DNA of 41,866 bases from Alphaproteobacteria bacterium (lineage in GTDB: Bacteria > Pseudomonadota > Alphaproteobacteria > Rickettsiales > JAIXRX01): positions 1 through 41,866 of the forward strand of contig JAIXRX010000035.1 in NCBI GenBank assembly GCA_027485005.1, written 5' to 3'. This document shows positions 34,938 to 41,866 of this stretch, one piece after another; position 1 is the stretch's first letter; every line of letters starts with the position of its first letter. The notes below the pieces were generated by a model, which made no database searches, was not told where the DNA came from, and worked only from the letters and a program-made list of their open reading frames with translations. The translations under genes and the position numbers were made by a program.

Positions 34938-35116
34938 GAGCGCTCCCCATGTGTTTTGGCAGCGCGCAAGTCCTGCAAGCGGGCATAGGTGCTTTCCACG
35001 CAGCCATCGCAAATATGGAAAGACGCAGCGCTCTTAAATAAAAACTCCACCTCTGAATAAGGTTTATGGCAGCACGAGCAGCCGGGAGGGGTGGCAGGAA
35101 GAGGCATGTTAATCAT
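34934..35116 (-). CDS. Stand-alone ClpX-type C4 zinc-finger protein (60 aa)
   Basis: CSCC-x19-CDGC with ...SEVEFLF...FHICDGCVE parallels the ClpX N-domain (CSFCGKSQHEV...VYICDECVD). A strong SD (GGAGG) is present, and its stop overlaps the transposase start. Confidence 0.7.
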   Translation of the reverse strand: MINMPLPATPPGCSCCHKPYSEVEFLFKSAASFHICDGCVESTYARLQDLRAAKTHGERS

Positions 35117-35600
35117 GTTGCACCTCCACTACAAAACGGCTGGCCTCTGCGCATTTTTGCAGGGCGGCATCCATACTGCCAGCATACCAGAGGGTTTGCT
35201 GCGCGAGGCGGTCATATATTTCCCAGGCAGTACCAGCGCCCTGAGCTGCCCGCTTATTGCGGCGTATCAATGTCGGGGGAGTATTCCCGCCTGACGCTTG
35301 GGAAGGAAGGCGCTGAATCATCACTTCCAGCTTTTTCACACGGTCTTCAAGACCAACTTTTTCACGCATTAAAGCCGCCGTATCCTCAACGCTTTTTAGG
35401 CGCTCGGTCAGTGCAATCAGATCATACTGTGCATCGTCTGGTTTATTGTCGATCAACTCATCCAGCATCGATTGAAGCTGAACGCCTCGGTTATCCTGAT
35501 CCAATACAGCACGCGCCAGCACATGGTTGGTGCGTTGATATTTGTTCAGCTCATTTTGAAAGAGCGAAAGTTGTTGCCCATAGGCGCTATCCTTTTTCAT
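35109..35600 (-). CDS. Hypothetical coiled-coil early protein (163 aa)
   Basis: It has SD GGAGGG and a TAATG overlap with the upstream ORF. Its composition is helical and heptad-like. I recognise no motif. Confidence 0.55.
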   Translation of the reverse strand: MKKDSAYGQQLSLFQNELNKYQRTNHVLARAVLDQDNRGVQLQSMLDELIDNKPDDAQYDLIALTERLKSVEDTAALMREKVGLEDRVKKLEVMIQRLPSQASGGNTPPTLIRRNKRAAQGAGTAWEIYDRLAQQTLWYAGSMDAALQKCAEASRFVVEVQHD

Positions 35601-35884
35601 TACACCCTCCGGTCTTCTTCCATGGCCACCCACTTGCCATAGCCAGTCATGGCCACAGGCACGGCGGCCAGAATCAATGTGGTTAAAACGATGATTAAAG
35701 CCGCATTGAAGGCCTTGCTCGCCAACAGGCGCTGCATGGTGCGCTCACGCTTTAAGGCGCGGCACTCAATGTGGCGTTTGGTGATTGTCGGTGTGGCGAG
35801 CCTGCAAGCCGCCACACCGTCTCCCCACGCTTGGAGGGCACTGTCAGGGTGGGTGGGGAGAAACTGGATGCAATGGCGGTTCAT
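35600..35884 (-). CDS. Hypothetical small protein with C-terminal TM segment
   Basis: It is 94 aa with a TM segment (FNAALIIVLTTLILAAVPVAM) and overlaps the ner stop. Confidence 0.45.
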   Translation of the reverse strand: MNRHCIQFLPTHPDSALQAWGDGVAACRLATPTITKRHIECRALKRERTMQRLLASKAFNAALIIVLTTLILAAVPVAMTGYGKWVAMEEDRRV

Positions 35885-36189
35885 GCCGCACCTCGCGCAT
35901 TTAATTTTTGGGATTGTGTTTGGCGGCTTATTGTTCTAGCTTTGCGCGCAGTTCTTGTGCCAATGCGCTGACCCTGCTTGTCATACCAAGCAGGCCAGAG
36001 GCTGTGCAGCGAGACACCAAGGAATTTAGCAATTGCATGTTGAGCCGCAGGAAAAGGTGTAGTCATTGCAATGTGACATGCGTCTTTGCAAAGCCCTGCA
36101 TCAATTGCTATTGCGCGCATAGTAGTACCGCGTTTGCGAACTGCGGCCTTGATGTCTTCCCTATGCCAGCCTTTTTTGTTTTGTGACAT
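35881..36189 (-). CDS. ner: Ner-like early transcriptional regulator
   Basis: GWHREDIKAAVRKRGTTMRAIAIDAGL...HAIAKFLGVSLHSLWPAWY closely parallels the Mu Ner/Nlp signature. The SD is GGAGAG. Confidence 0.85.
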   Translation of the reverse strand: MSQNKKGWHREDIKAAVRKRGTTMRAIAIDAGLCKDACHIAMTTPFPAAQHAIAKFLGVSLHSLWPAWYDKQGQRIGTRTARKARTISRQTQSQKLNARGAA

Positions 36190-36380
36190 GAACTCTCCAT
36201 TATGACGGGTTACAGCCCGTTTTTTTGGCGTTGTTGAATTAAGCTAACTAAATGTGTGTTCGCACAATAAAGCGGATATAGCAACATTAAAAAGCGATGT
36301 TTTGCGAATGTCCGTTTTTTTATACGAATTGATGTGACTTTTCGGACACGCCCTGATAGAGGGCGGGCAAAGTATTGGAT
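36190..36380. promoter_or_regulatory. Divergent repressor/early control region (operators, Pe/Pc; probable transposition enhancer by analogy to Mu)
   Basis: This AT-rich 190-bp gap lies between the divergent ner and repressor genes. It contains the inverted repeats TGTG-N4-CACA and AACAT-N10-ATGTT and a hairpin plus T7 run at 36205-36227. Confidence 0.5.
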
Positions 36381-37175
36381 ATGATGGTGTTTAAAGACCG
36401 ACTAAAAATAGCTATGAAAGAGGAATCTGTACTTGGCTTCGCAAAAAAAAGCGGGCTGAGTGAGGGGGCTATTCGGCAATACCTCAAAGGTAGTGAGCCG
36501 GGGCTTGATAAGGTCATAGCAATTGCTGCTGCAGCCGGGGTATCAGCGGCATGGTTAGCCACAGGCGAAGGTAAGCCTGACTCTAGCTATCGCTCGTCTG
36601 CTTTGGCGGATTCTTCTGTGCCCTCGCAATTCAGGGCACAACCATTGCGTAGTAAAGATGGTGAAGAAATGTATCTCTCAATGGCTGCTGCCAATACTTC
36701 TACCATCAAACTGGATAAATCCTCCTATGAGGCAAAAATAAACGAGGTTGATGACACCTCTTCTGTAGCCGTTCCATTACTCAGTATTCATGCGAGTGCA
36801 GGTGGTGGCGCAGCTGTGCTAAGTGAAGAAGGTGATGACTATATACGGTTCAGCGCACGCATGTTGCGAGGCCTTGGCTTGGAACCGCTCCACACATTTG
36901 TAATGCCAGTGCTAGGGGACAGCATGGAGCCGCGTATCCGATCAGGCGAGCTGATGCTTTGTAGTCGTGCGCCGCAACACCTCAAAGGAGCGGACGGCAC
37001 TTACATCGTGCGCCTGGAAGGTGATATATTGGTCAAACGCATCCAGCGACTGCCGGGCGGCAAGGTCGTTGTCTCCTCTGAAAACACAGGTTACAGCCCC
37101 TTTGAAATCATCTTAAATGACGGGGTAGATTTTGCCATTCTAGGCATGGTGCTGGTGGTGTTTCGCAAGGTTTAG
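36381..37175 (+). CDS. CI/LexA-like repressor (XRE HTH plus S24 autopeptidase domain)
   Basis: The N-terminal HTH (GFAKKSGLSEGAIRQYLKG) and the C-terminal S24 motifs GDSMEP (Ser) and VKRIQ (Lys) are present. The track start at 36375 is TTG; the ATG at 36381 or 36384 is more likely. Confidence 0.85.
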   Translation: MMVFKDRLKIAMKEESVLGFAKKSGLSEGAIRQYLKGSEPGLDKVIAIAAAAGVSAAWLATGEGKPDSSYRSSALADSSVPSQFRAQPLRSKDGEEMYLSMAAANTSTIKLDKSSYEAKINEVDDTSSVAVPLLSIHASAGGGAAVLSEEGDDYIRFSARMLRGLGLEPLHTFVMPVLGDSMEPRIRSGELMLCSRAPQHLKGADGTYIVRLEGDILVKRIQRLPGGKVVVSSENTGYSPFEIILNDGVDFAILGMVLVVFRKV

Positions 37176-37199
37176 ATTGCCATCTAAGAGTTCAAGTTA

Positions 37200-37215
37200 G
37201 TGTTTTGCAAAACAC
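37200..37215. repeat. Perfect 16-bp palindrome GTGTTTTGCAAAACAC
   Basis: The sequence is fully self-complementary and lies 25 nt after the repressor stop. Confidence 0.6.
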
Positions 37216-37300
37216 CATAATGCAGACAATAATTATTATATTACTGTGCGTTACATAACTTGAACGCTATCGTGTAACTTGAACGCCAAACGACCCAAAA

Positions 37301-37322
37301 ACACGACACTTAGTTTGTCATG
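37301..37322 (+). repeat. Internal copy of the end-repeat (candidate L3 site), same orientation as the right-end sites
   Basis: In ACACGACACTTAGTTTGTCATG, 37301-37319 is 19/19 identical to 5165-5183, and 37304-37322 is 19/19 identical to 5146-5164. Confidence 0.7.
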
Positions 37323-37567
37323 TTGCTTTGCGCCACTCGCGCCGTAACGCGCAGCAATGCTTGCCTTACGGCACCGCACGCGCCGCGCACGCCCTTATGG
37401 GGCAATCTCTTCTATATTGCTTAAAGCCGCCTTCAAAGTGTCGTGTTGGGTTACACTTGGCCGCGCTGTGTTTTGATGGTGTCACGACACGCCTACGCCA
37501 GGCTCACCGCCGCTGTGCTATCCCATTATATCCCACTTAATACCGCACTATCCCGCCTTGGCTTTAG

Positions 37568-37590
37568 GACATACTAAGTGTCGTTCCACA
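37568..37590 (-). repeat. Phage left-end terminal repeat (L1 site)
   Basis: Its reverse complement, TGTGGAACGACACTTAGTATGTC, matches 5139-5161 at 19 of 23 positions and ends with CA on the plus strand. Confidence 0.75.
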
Positions 37591-37595
37591 ACTGT
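37591..37595. repeat. Target-site duplication ACTGT (copy flanking the phage left end)
   Basis: The pentamer is identical to 5134-5138. Confidence 0.8.
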
Positions 37596-37598
37596 CAT

Positions 37599-37626
37599 TT
37601 GACCTTTGCTAGGCCTTTCATACAAT
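37599..37626 (+). promoter_or_regulatory. Sigma70-type host promoter TTGACC-N16-TACAAT
   Basis: It has near-consensus hexamers and lies about 30 nt upstream of the ATG at 37657. Confidence 0.55.
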
Positions 37627-37656
37627 GCCACCAAATCTACCAATAGTGAGTGTTGT

Positions 37657-38136
37657 ATGAGCGAAAATGCATCTAAAACAGAAAGCTTTGATCCCGAAAA
37701 ATATCGCCCTTCTCCAGAAAGTGTGAAATCAGAACGCCAAACATATAGTCTTGTTTGGGGAGCTATGGCGGCGATGATATCAGGCATGGTGGGTTATATG
37801 GCTGCCGAATGGCAAAAATGTGGATCACAAACAAAAGGCTGGATCACCGGTATAAGTGCTGTTGCGGGCGGATTGATAGGAGGATATATCCTCGGCAAAA
37901 AGACCGAAACTGAGGGTGAGGTTATTTATAAAATGGCGCAAGAGGCTGCCAAAAGACCTGATCCAGAGAAGGCTATGCAAGACGGTCTTGCCAAACGTGA
38001 AAAAGACAAAGAAATGCTTATGGCTATGGCGATGATAGATCAGGCCAATCAATCAGCGAATGCTAACGCTAATTATTTTCAAACATACGCCAATCCAGCG
38101 GCGGGCGGCGGGTATGGTGGTATGGGGCGCTTCTAG
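37657..38136 (+). CDS. Small membrane protein (2 Gly-rich TM segments), unknown function
   Basis: It has two TM segments (SLVWGAMAAMISGMVGYMAA and WITGISAVAGGLIGGYILG). I prefer the ATG at 37657 to the track start at 37606. Confidence 0.6.
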   Translation: MSENASKTESFDPEKYRPSPESVKSERQTYSLVWGAMAAMISGMVGYMAAEWQKCGSQTKGWITGISAVAGGLIGGYILGKKTETEGEVIYKMAQEAAKRPDPEKAMQDGLAKREKDKEMLMAMAMIDQANQSANANANYFQTYANPAAGGGYGGMGRF

Positions 38137-38219
38137 TTTTTATTCTTATCCGCCCATTGCTTATTCCGTGCGGGGGCATATAATGCGCGTCCCATTCCAC
38201 TCATATAGAGGTTTTATCC

Positions 38220-38822
38220 ATGAATATTCGTTTTGCTTGCGCCGCTTTGGTGGCATTGTCTTGTTCTTCTGCGGCATTGGCTGCTAGCTCTGCGCATGAC
38301 AGCGCTCTCACCAAAACCAAAAACGTAGTGGTTACCGAGCGCGGTGATTGCGTATTGACCAAATGGATGAATAGCAGCAACCCATGTGGCACTAAAGTAG
38401 AAGAGCCTAAAAAAGTGGTGAAAAAAGCAGCGCCAGCACCTGTGGAAAGCCTTACCAACGATCAGCGTAGCATTTATTTTGACCTTAACAGCGCAACCTT
38501 GACGCTGGATAGCCAAGCGAAACTAGACGCGCTGGTGGCAGCGGTGAAAGCTTCGACTGGCGTGAAAAAAGCAACCGTGATTGGTTATGCAGATGCTTTA
38601 GGCAAATCAGACCATAATGTGGATTTATCAAAACGTCGTGCGGGGGCTGTTCAGAATTATCTCGCTTCTCGTATCAATATTCCAACTAGCACCAGCTTGG
38701 TGGAAGGCAAAGGCGCTACCGATTCTGTGACCAACTGCCCAAGCAGCTTGAAGCGTCCAGAGCTTGTTAAATGCCTTGCGAAAGATCGTCGCGTGGAAAT
38801 CGAACTTGATTATAGCAAATAG
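38220..38822 (+). CDS. OmpA-family peptidoglycan-binding protein with signal peptide
   Basis: It has an N-terminal signal sequence and an OmpA-C-like domain (IYFDLNSATL...VIGYADALGKSDHNVDLSKRRAGAVQNYL...RRVEIEL). Confidence 0.8.
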   Translation: MNIRFACAALVALSCSSAALAASSAHDSALTKTKNVVVTERGDCVLTKWMNSSNPCGTKVEEPKKVVKKAAPAPVESLTNDQRSIYFDLNSATLTLDSQAKLDALVAAVKASTGVKKATVIGYADALGKSDHNVDLSKRRAGAVQNYLASRINIPTSTSLVEGKGATDSVTNCPSSLKRPELVKCLAKDRRVEIELDYSK

Positions 38823-38844
38823 TCTGTTCAGATAATTAACATAA

Positions 38845-38879
38845 AAACCCGCGCTGCGTTTGCATCGCGGGTTTTTTGT
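38845..38879 (+). terminator. Rho-independent terminator
   Basis: AAACCCGCG-N12-CGCGGGTTTTTTGTT. Confidence 0.8.
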
Positions 38880-38913
38880 TATACACTCAGCATTCACATT
38901 TAGGAGCCTTACT

Positions 38914-39750
38914 ATGTTTCGTTTGGGTCGTTCTTCCTATTTACAAGGGTTTGGTGGCGGCGGTCGTGGTGGTAATTTCACCTTCGCGCTTATTTTGGTG
39001 GCGATGGCGTTTTTCAGTTATTTCAGTTCCAGCGAACATAATGAATTAACGGGCGAGACCCAGCGTGTGGCGCTCAGCGCGGATCAAGAAATTGCGCTAG
39101 GTCTCAATGCCGCGCCGCAAATGATGAGCCAATATGGTGGCGAGGACCGTAATGCGCGCGATGTGGCGCGGGTGAAAGCGATTGGTGCGCGGTTGGTGGA
39201 GCGCAGCGCGGTGGCCAGAACCAATTGGCAATTTGAATTTCATTTGCTGGCGGATAATCAAACCATCAATGCCTTTGCACTGCCAGGTGGACAGGTGTTT
39301 ATTACGCGGGCTTTGTATGAGCAGCTCGACACTGACGGCCAACTAGCGGGGGTGCTAGGGCATGAGATTGGACATGTGGTGGCACGCCACGGCGCCGAAC
39401 ATATGGCCAAAGAAAAACTGACCCAAGGGCTGGCACAGGCAGCGGTTGTAGCGTCGGGGGATCATGGGGCAGGGCAGATGGCGGCCATGGTAGGAAAAAT
39501 GGTGAATATGAAATATGGGCGCGAAGATGAGATAGAATCGGACGTGTTGGGCGTGCGTTTTATGAGCGAAGCAGGCTATGATCCGCGTGGTTTGCTGCAT
39601 GTGATGGCGGTCTTGAAAAAAGCAGCGGGTGGCAAACGGCAGGCTGAATTTTTTAGTACCCACCCGAATCCTGATAACCGCGAGCAGCGGATTTTAGCGG
39701 CAATTGAACAAGCATTCCCGCAAGGTTTGCCAAGCGGTTTAGAGAAATAA
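38914..39750 (+). CDS. M48-family Zn metallopeptidase
   Basis: It has the HEIGHVVARH (HExxH) motif, an N-terminal TM segment and a downstream glutamate region. I chose the ATG at 38914 because the track start lies inside the terminator. Confidence 0.8.
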   Translation: MFRLGRSSYLQGFGGGGRGGNFTFALILVAMAFFSYFSSSEHNELTGETQRVALSADQEIALGLNAAPQMMSQYGGEDRNARDVARVKAIGARLVERSAVARTNWQFEFHLLADNQTINAFALPGGQVFITRALYEQLDTDGQLAGVLGHEIGHVVARHGAEHMAKEKLTQGLAQAAVVASGDHGAGQMAAMVGKMVNMKYGREDEIESDVLGVRFMSEAGYDPRGLLHVMAVLKKAAGGKRQAEFFSTHPNPDNREQRILAAIEQAFPQGLPSGLEK

Positions 39751-39762
39751 TAGGAGAAAAAA

Positions 39763-40290
39763 ATGAGTGACCACCCGAATGCTGTTGAGCGTATTTTCGA
39801 AAAAGGATTATTTGCCAGCCGTTGGTTGATGGTGCCTATTTATGTAGGGCTTGCGTTAGCGCTTGTACTACTTTTGTTTAGCTTTGCCCAAGAGTTGCTG
39901 CATTTGTTTAGCGCTATTCCGAACATCACGCAGTCGGAAGTGATTTTGGGTATTTTGTCGCTTATCGATTTATCGCTTGCGGGAAATCTATTGCTGATTG
40001 TGATTTATTCTGGCTACGAAAACTTTGTATCTAAAATCAATACAGATGACCATGAAGACCAGCCCGATTGGAAAGGCTCGGTAGATTTTACGGCACTGAA
40101 GCTAAAACTGATTGCCTCGATTGCGGCGATTTCTGCGATTCATTTGCTCAAAGTATTTATGGATATTGGAAAATATACGGAAGACCAGATTCGTTGGATG
40201 GTGATCATCCATGTGGTGTTTGTTATTTCTGGTGTGATGCTCGCGTGGATGGATAGTATTGCGGCCAGTGCAAAATCCTATAAGAAATAA
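39763..40290 (+). CDS. yqhA: UPF0114 family membrane protein (YqhA-like)
   Basis: The N-terminus (ERIFEKGLFASRWLMVPIYVGL) and multi-TM topology are typical of YqhA. Confidence 0.75.
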   Translation: MSDHPNAVERIFEKGLFASRWLMVPIYVGLALALVLLLFSFAQELLHLFSAIPNITQSEVILGILSLIDLSLAGNLLLIVIYSGYENFVSKINTDDHEDQPDWKGSVDFTALKLKLIASIAAISAIHLLKVFMDIGKYTEDQIRWMVIIHVVFVISGVMLAWMDSIAASAKSYKK

Positions 40291-40291
40291 A

Positions 40292-40852
40292 TTAGCGCAT
40301 CATCGCTGTTTCATAGGTGATGGCGGAGTTTGGCGCGTTGCGTCCAGCGCGGCGTGCATCTTCCATTTTTACAAAGCTTTTAGTGGGAGCCTCAGGCTCA
40401 TTCGTTTCTTGCCCACGCGGCAGGTCCATGCTGGGCAGGTTATTATTGACCGCCGGCGCTTCTTTTTGCACGCCTGCACTGAGGGTGGGTTCAACACCGC
40501 CCATGCCGCGTTCTAGGCCGCGTCCTTGAGCAAGGCTGGCTTCTTGTGCGGCGGCCTGCTGTTGGTCTTTAGCTGCGCCGATGGAAGTTCCAATCGCTGA
40601 TCCAATCATTTTACCCAAAAGTAAAACCCCTGCTGCGGCTAAGCCTGCGACGGCAATAGGACCGATAAATGCGGGTAATGCAAAAGAGCCAATGCTTATA
40701 ATACCTGCGGCACTTGTGCTGAGCAGGCCACCTGCCGTCGCGAGAGAGGAAGTAACTGCACCATAGGTGGCATATGCGCCTGCGGCACCTGCCAGTAAGC
40801 CCAAAAGCCCACCCCACATTTTGCCTTTCTGTGTATTTTCACCTTCTTCCAT
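40292..40852 (-). CDS. Gly/Ala-rich membrane protein (glycine-zipper-like), unknown function
   Basis: It has repeated GxxxG/A-rich hydrophobic segments and a polar C-terminal half. Confidence 0.55.
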   Translation of the reverse strand: MEEGENTQKGKMWGGLLGLLAGAAGAYATYGAVTSSLATAGGLLSTSAAGIISIGSFALPAFIGPIAVAGLAAAGVLLLGKMIGSAIGTSIGAAKDQQQAAAQEASLAQGRGLERGMGGVEPTLSAGVQKEAPAVNNNLPSMDLPRGQETNEPEAPTKSFVKMEDARRAGRNAPNSAITYETAMMR

Positions 40853-40963
40853 GCTGGCCTCCTTAAATTACTGCCATCTTTATTTTTCTACTATAGCGCA
40901 GAAAGGTTAAAGTTTTATGACAGTGTGGCAGGAAAGCAGAAAATAGAGGAAATGAGGTGCGTT

Positions 40964-41668
40964 TTAGGCCGCCAGTAAGGCTTGCAGCATCGGCGCGCCG
41001 TCGGCACCACCCACCATGCTGTCGGCATAGCGCTCAGGGTGCGGCATCATACCCAGCACGTTTTTACCTGCATTAAACACGCCTGCAATATTGCTGAGTG
41101 AGCCGTTCGGGTTGGCTTCCGCCGTTACTTGGCCATCCTCGGTGCAATAGCGGAAGGCGATTTGGTCATTGTCTTCCATAGCTTTTAGCGTGTCAGCCGC
41201 TGCAAAATAATTGCCGTCATGATGCGCCACAGGAATGGTGATAACTTGGTTTTTGTTGTAGTTTTTGGTGAAGGCGGTGGCGGTGCTTTCCACGCGCAGC
41301 TGCACGGGTTTGCAAACAAATTTTAAGCCCGCATTACGCAATAACACCCCTGGGACAAGGCCAGCCTCGGTCAGAATCTGGAAGCCATTGCAAATGCCAA
41401 GGGTCAAGCCGCCGCGATTCGCATGAGCGACCACGTCTTTCAGAATGGGTGAATTCGCTGCCATGGCGCCCGAGCGCAAGTAATCACCATAGGAAAACCC
41501 ACCCGGCAACACCACTAAATCCACTTTTGGCAAGGCCGCATCCCCGTGCCAGACTTTGGTGATGTCCGACGGTTTGGCCGCACCCGACACCGCCGCCAGC
41601 GCGCTGAGCGCCGAATAGGCGTCGCGGTCGCAGTTGGAACCAGGGAAGGTAATGACAGCAGCTTTCAT
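40964..41668 (-). CDS. purQ: Phosphoribosylformylglycinamidine synthase subunit PurQ (glutaminase)
   Basis: [26 protein letters not shown] (catalytic Cys) and MMPHPER motifs are present. Confidence 0.92.
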   Translation of the reverse strand: MKAAVITFPGSNCDRDAYSALSALAAVSGAAKPSDITKVWHGDAALPKVDLVVLPGGFSYGDYLRSGAMAANSPILKDVVAHANRGGLTLGICNGFQILTEAGLVPGVLLRNAGLKFVCKPVQLRVESTATAFTKNYNKNQVITIPVAHHDGNYFAAADTLKAMEDNDQIAFRYCTEDGQVTAEANPNGSLSNIAGVFNAGKNVLGMMPHPERYADSMVGGADGAPMLQALLAA

Positions 41669-41777
41669 GGGCTTTTCCTTGAAGTAATAAGAATTTTTAT
41701 CTTTTTGCCGCAGTCTTCATCATTTCGCAACAATTTTAAGATATGGTAAGCTTATTCAACCTTAAGAAAAAGGCTTT

Positions 41778-41866
41778 ATGTCCTCAACCCAATCTCCCGC
41801 AGCCACTCAGTGGAATGAAAAAGTCAGAGGATTTCGTGCCGTTGCGAAGGGAGAAGGCTTGTCTGA
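41778..41866 (+). CDS. Partial ORF of unknown function (3' end outside window)
   Basis: An ATG at 41778 opens a frame that runs to the window edge (MSSTQSPAATQWNEKVRGFRAVAKGEGLS...). It is divergent from purQ. Confidence 0.3.
   Translation, partial: MSSTQSPAATQWNEKVRGFRAVAKGEGLS

Larger units (their letters stand above)
5139..37590 (-). mobile_element. Mu-like transposable prophage, 32,452 bp, apparently intact
   Basis: It has TG...CA termini, 19/23 terminal inverted repeats and a 5-bp TSD. It encodes a DDE transposase A plus AAA+ MuB, Ner and a repressor, and carries a full Mu-colinear head, tail and lysis gene set. Confidence 0.9.

Noticed and set aside
34938-35012. The N-terminal extension of the transposase ORF (track start 35012). 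The same question arises for the track starts at 10960, 9862, 32105, 30218, 29539 and 35633.
   Set aside because: These starts would create long overlaps with the upstream genes. Downstream ATGs with SD sequences or ATGA/TAATG coupling fit the compact operon structure better.
37328-37540. A 70-aa plus-strand ORF lies in the phage left-end region.
   Set aside because: It has Arg/Cys/Ala-rich composition and no RBS, and it lies within the repeat-containing attL-like region. It is likely non-coding.
38860-38913. The track start (38860) for the M48 peptidase ORF.
   Set aside because: That start lies inside the stem of the upstream rho-independent terminator. The ATG at 38914 precedes the TM segment and is the plausible start.

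Overview
The window holds a housekeeping locus with alphaproteobacterial-type synteny: mutS (5' end outside the window), rpmF-plsX-fabH, ihfA, a MerR-family regulator and tRNA-Pro(GGG). About 100 bp downstream of the tRNA it is interrupted by an apparently intact 32,452-bp Mu-like transposable prophage (5139-37590). To the right lie host envelope-type genes (a small membrane protein, an OmpA-like protein, an M48 peptidase, YqhA, a Gly-rich membrane protein), purQ and a partial ORF.

The prophage ends can be read directly from the sequence. They are 5'-TG...CA-3' termini with 19/23 imperfect terminal inverted repeats that share a 16-nt core, flanked by a 5-bp target duplication, ACTGT. Gene order is Mu-colinear on the minus strand: ner, A, B, semi-essential early genes, one Mor/C-family activator, a lysis cassette, terminase, portal, F, I, T, sheath, tube, chaperone, tape measure, N, P, baseplate, fibre. 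The CI/S24-type repressor is on the plus strand, reading toward the phage left end.

Points I consider most worth follow-up:
- A 20-bp dyad (ATTGTAG-N6-CTACAAT, followed by GCC) sits exactly 32 nt upstream of the ATGs of both the endolysin and the protease/scaffold genes. This implies Mor/C-type late promoters that produce leaderless or near-leaderless mRNAs.
- A stand-alone ClpX-type C4 zinc-finger mini-protein is translationally coupled (ATGA overlap) to the transposase gene. Two more unknown small genes sit between ner and A.
- A repeat-rich, structured, ORF-poor 358-bp gap lies between F and I. This is the slot that carries anti-CRISPR operons in Pseudomonas Mu-like phages.
- A terminal cargo module occupies the position of Mu mom: an orphan beta-class DNA methyltransferase with a heavily structured 120-bp leader, plus a 4-TM protein.
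- Also noted: a -1 frameshift site (T_TTT_TTC) in the tail chaperone, an embedded spanin pair with a SAR endolysin and no recognisable holin, an unlisted 53-aa ORF, and a duplicated 5' fragment of tRNA-Pro.

All protein calls rest on motifs and synteny recognised by eye. No database search was possible. I saw no CRISPR array, rRNA, IS element or site-specific integrase.
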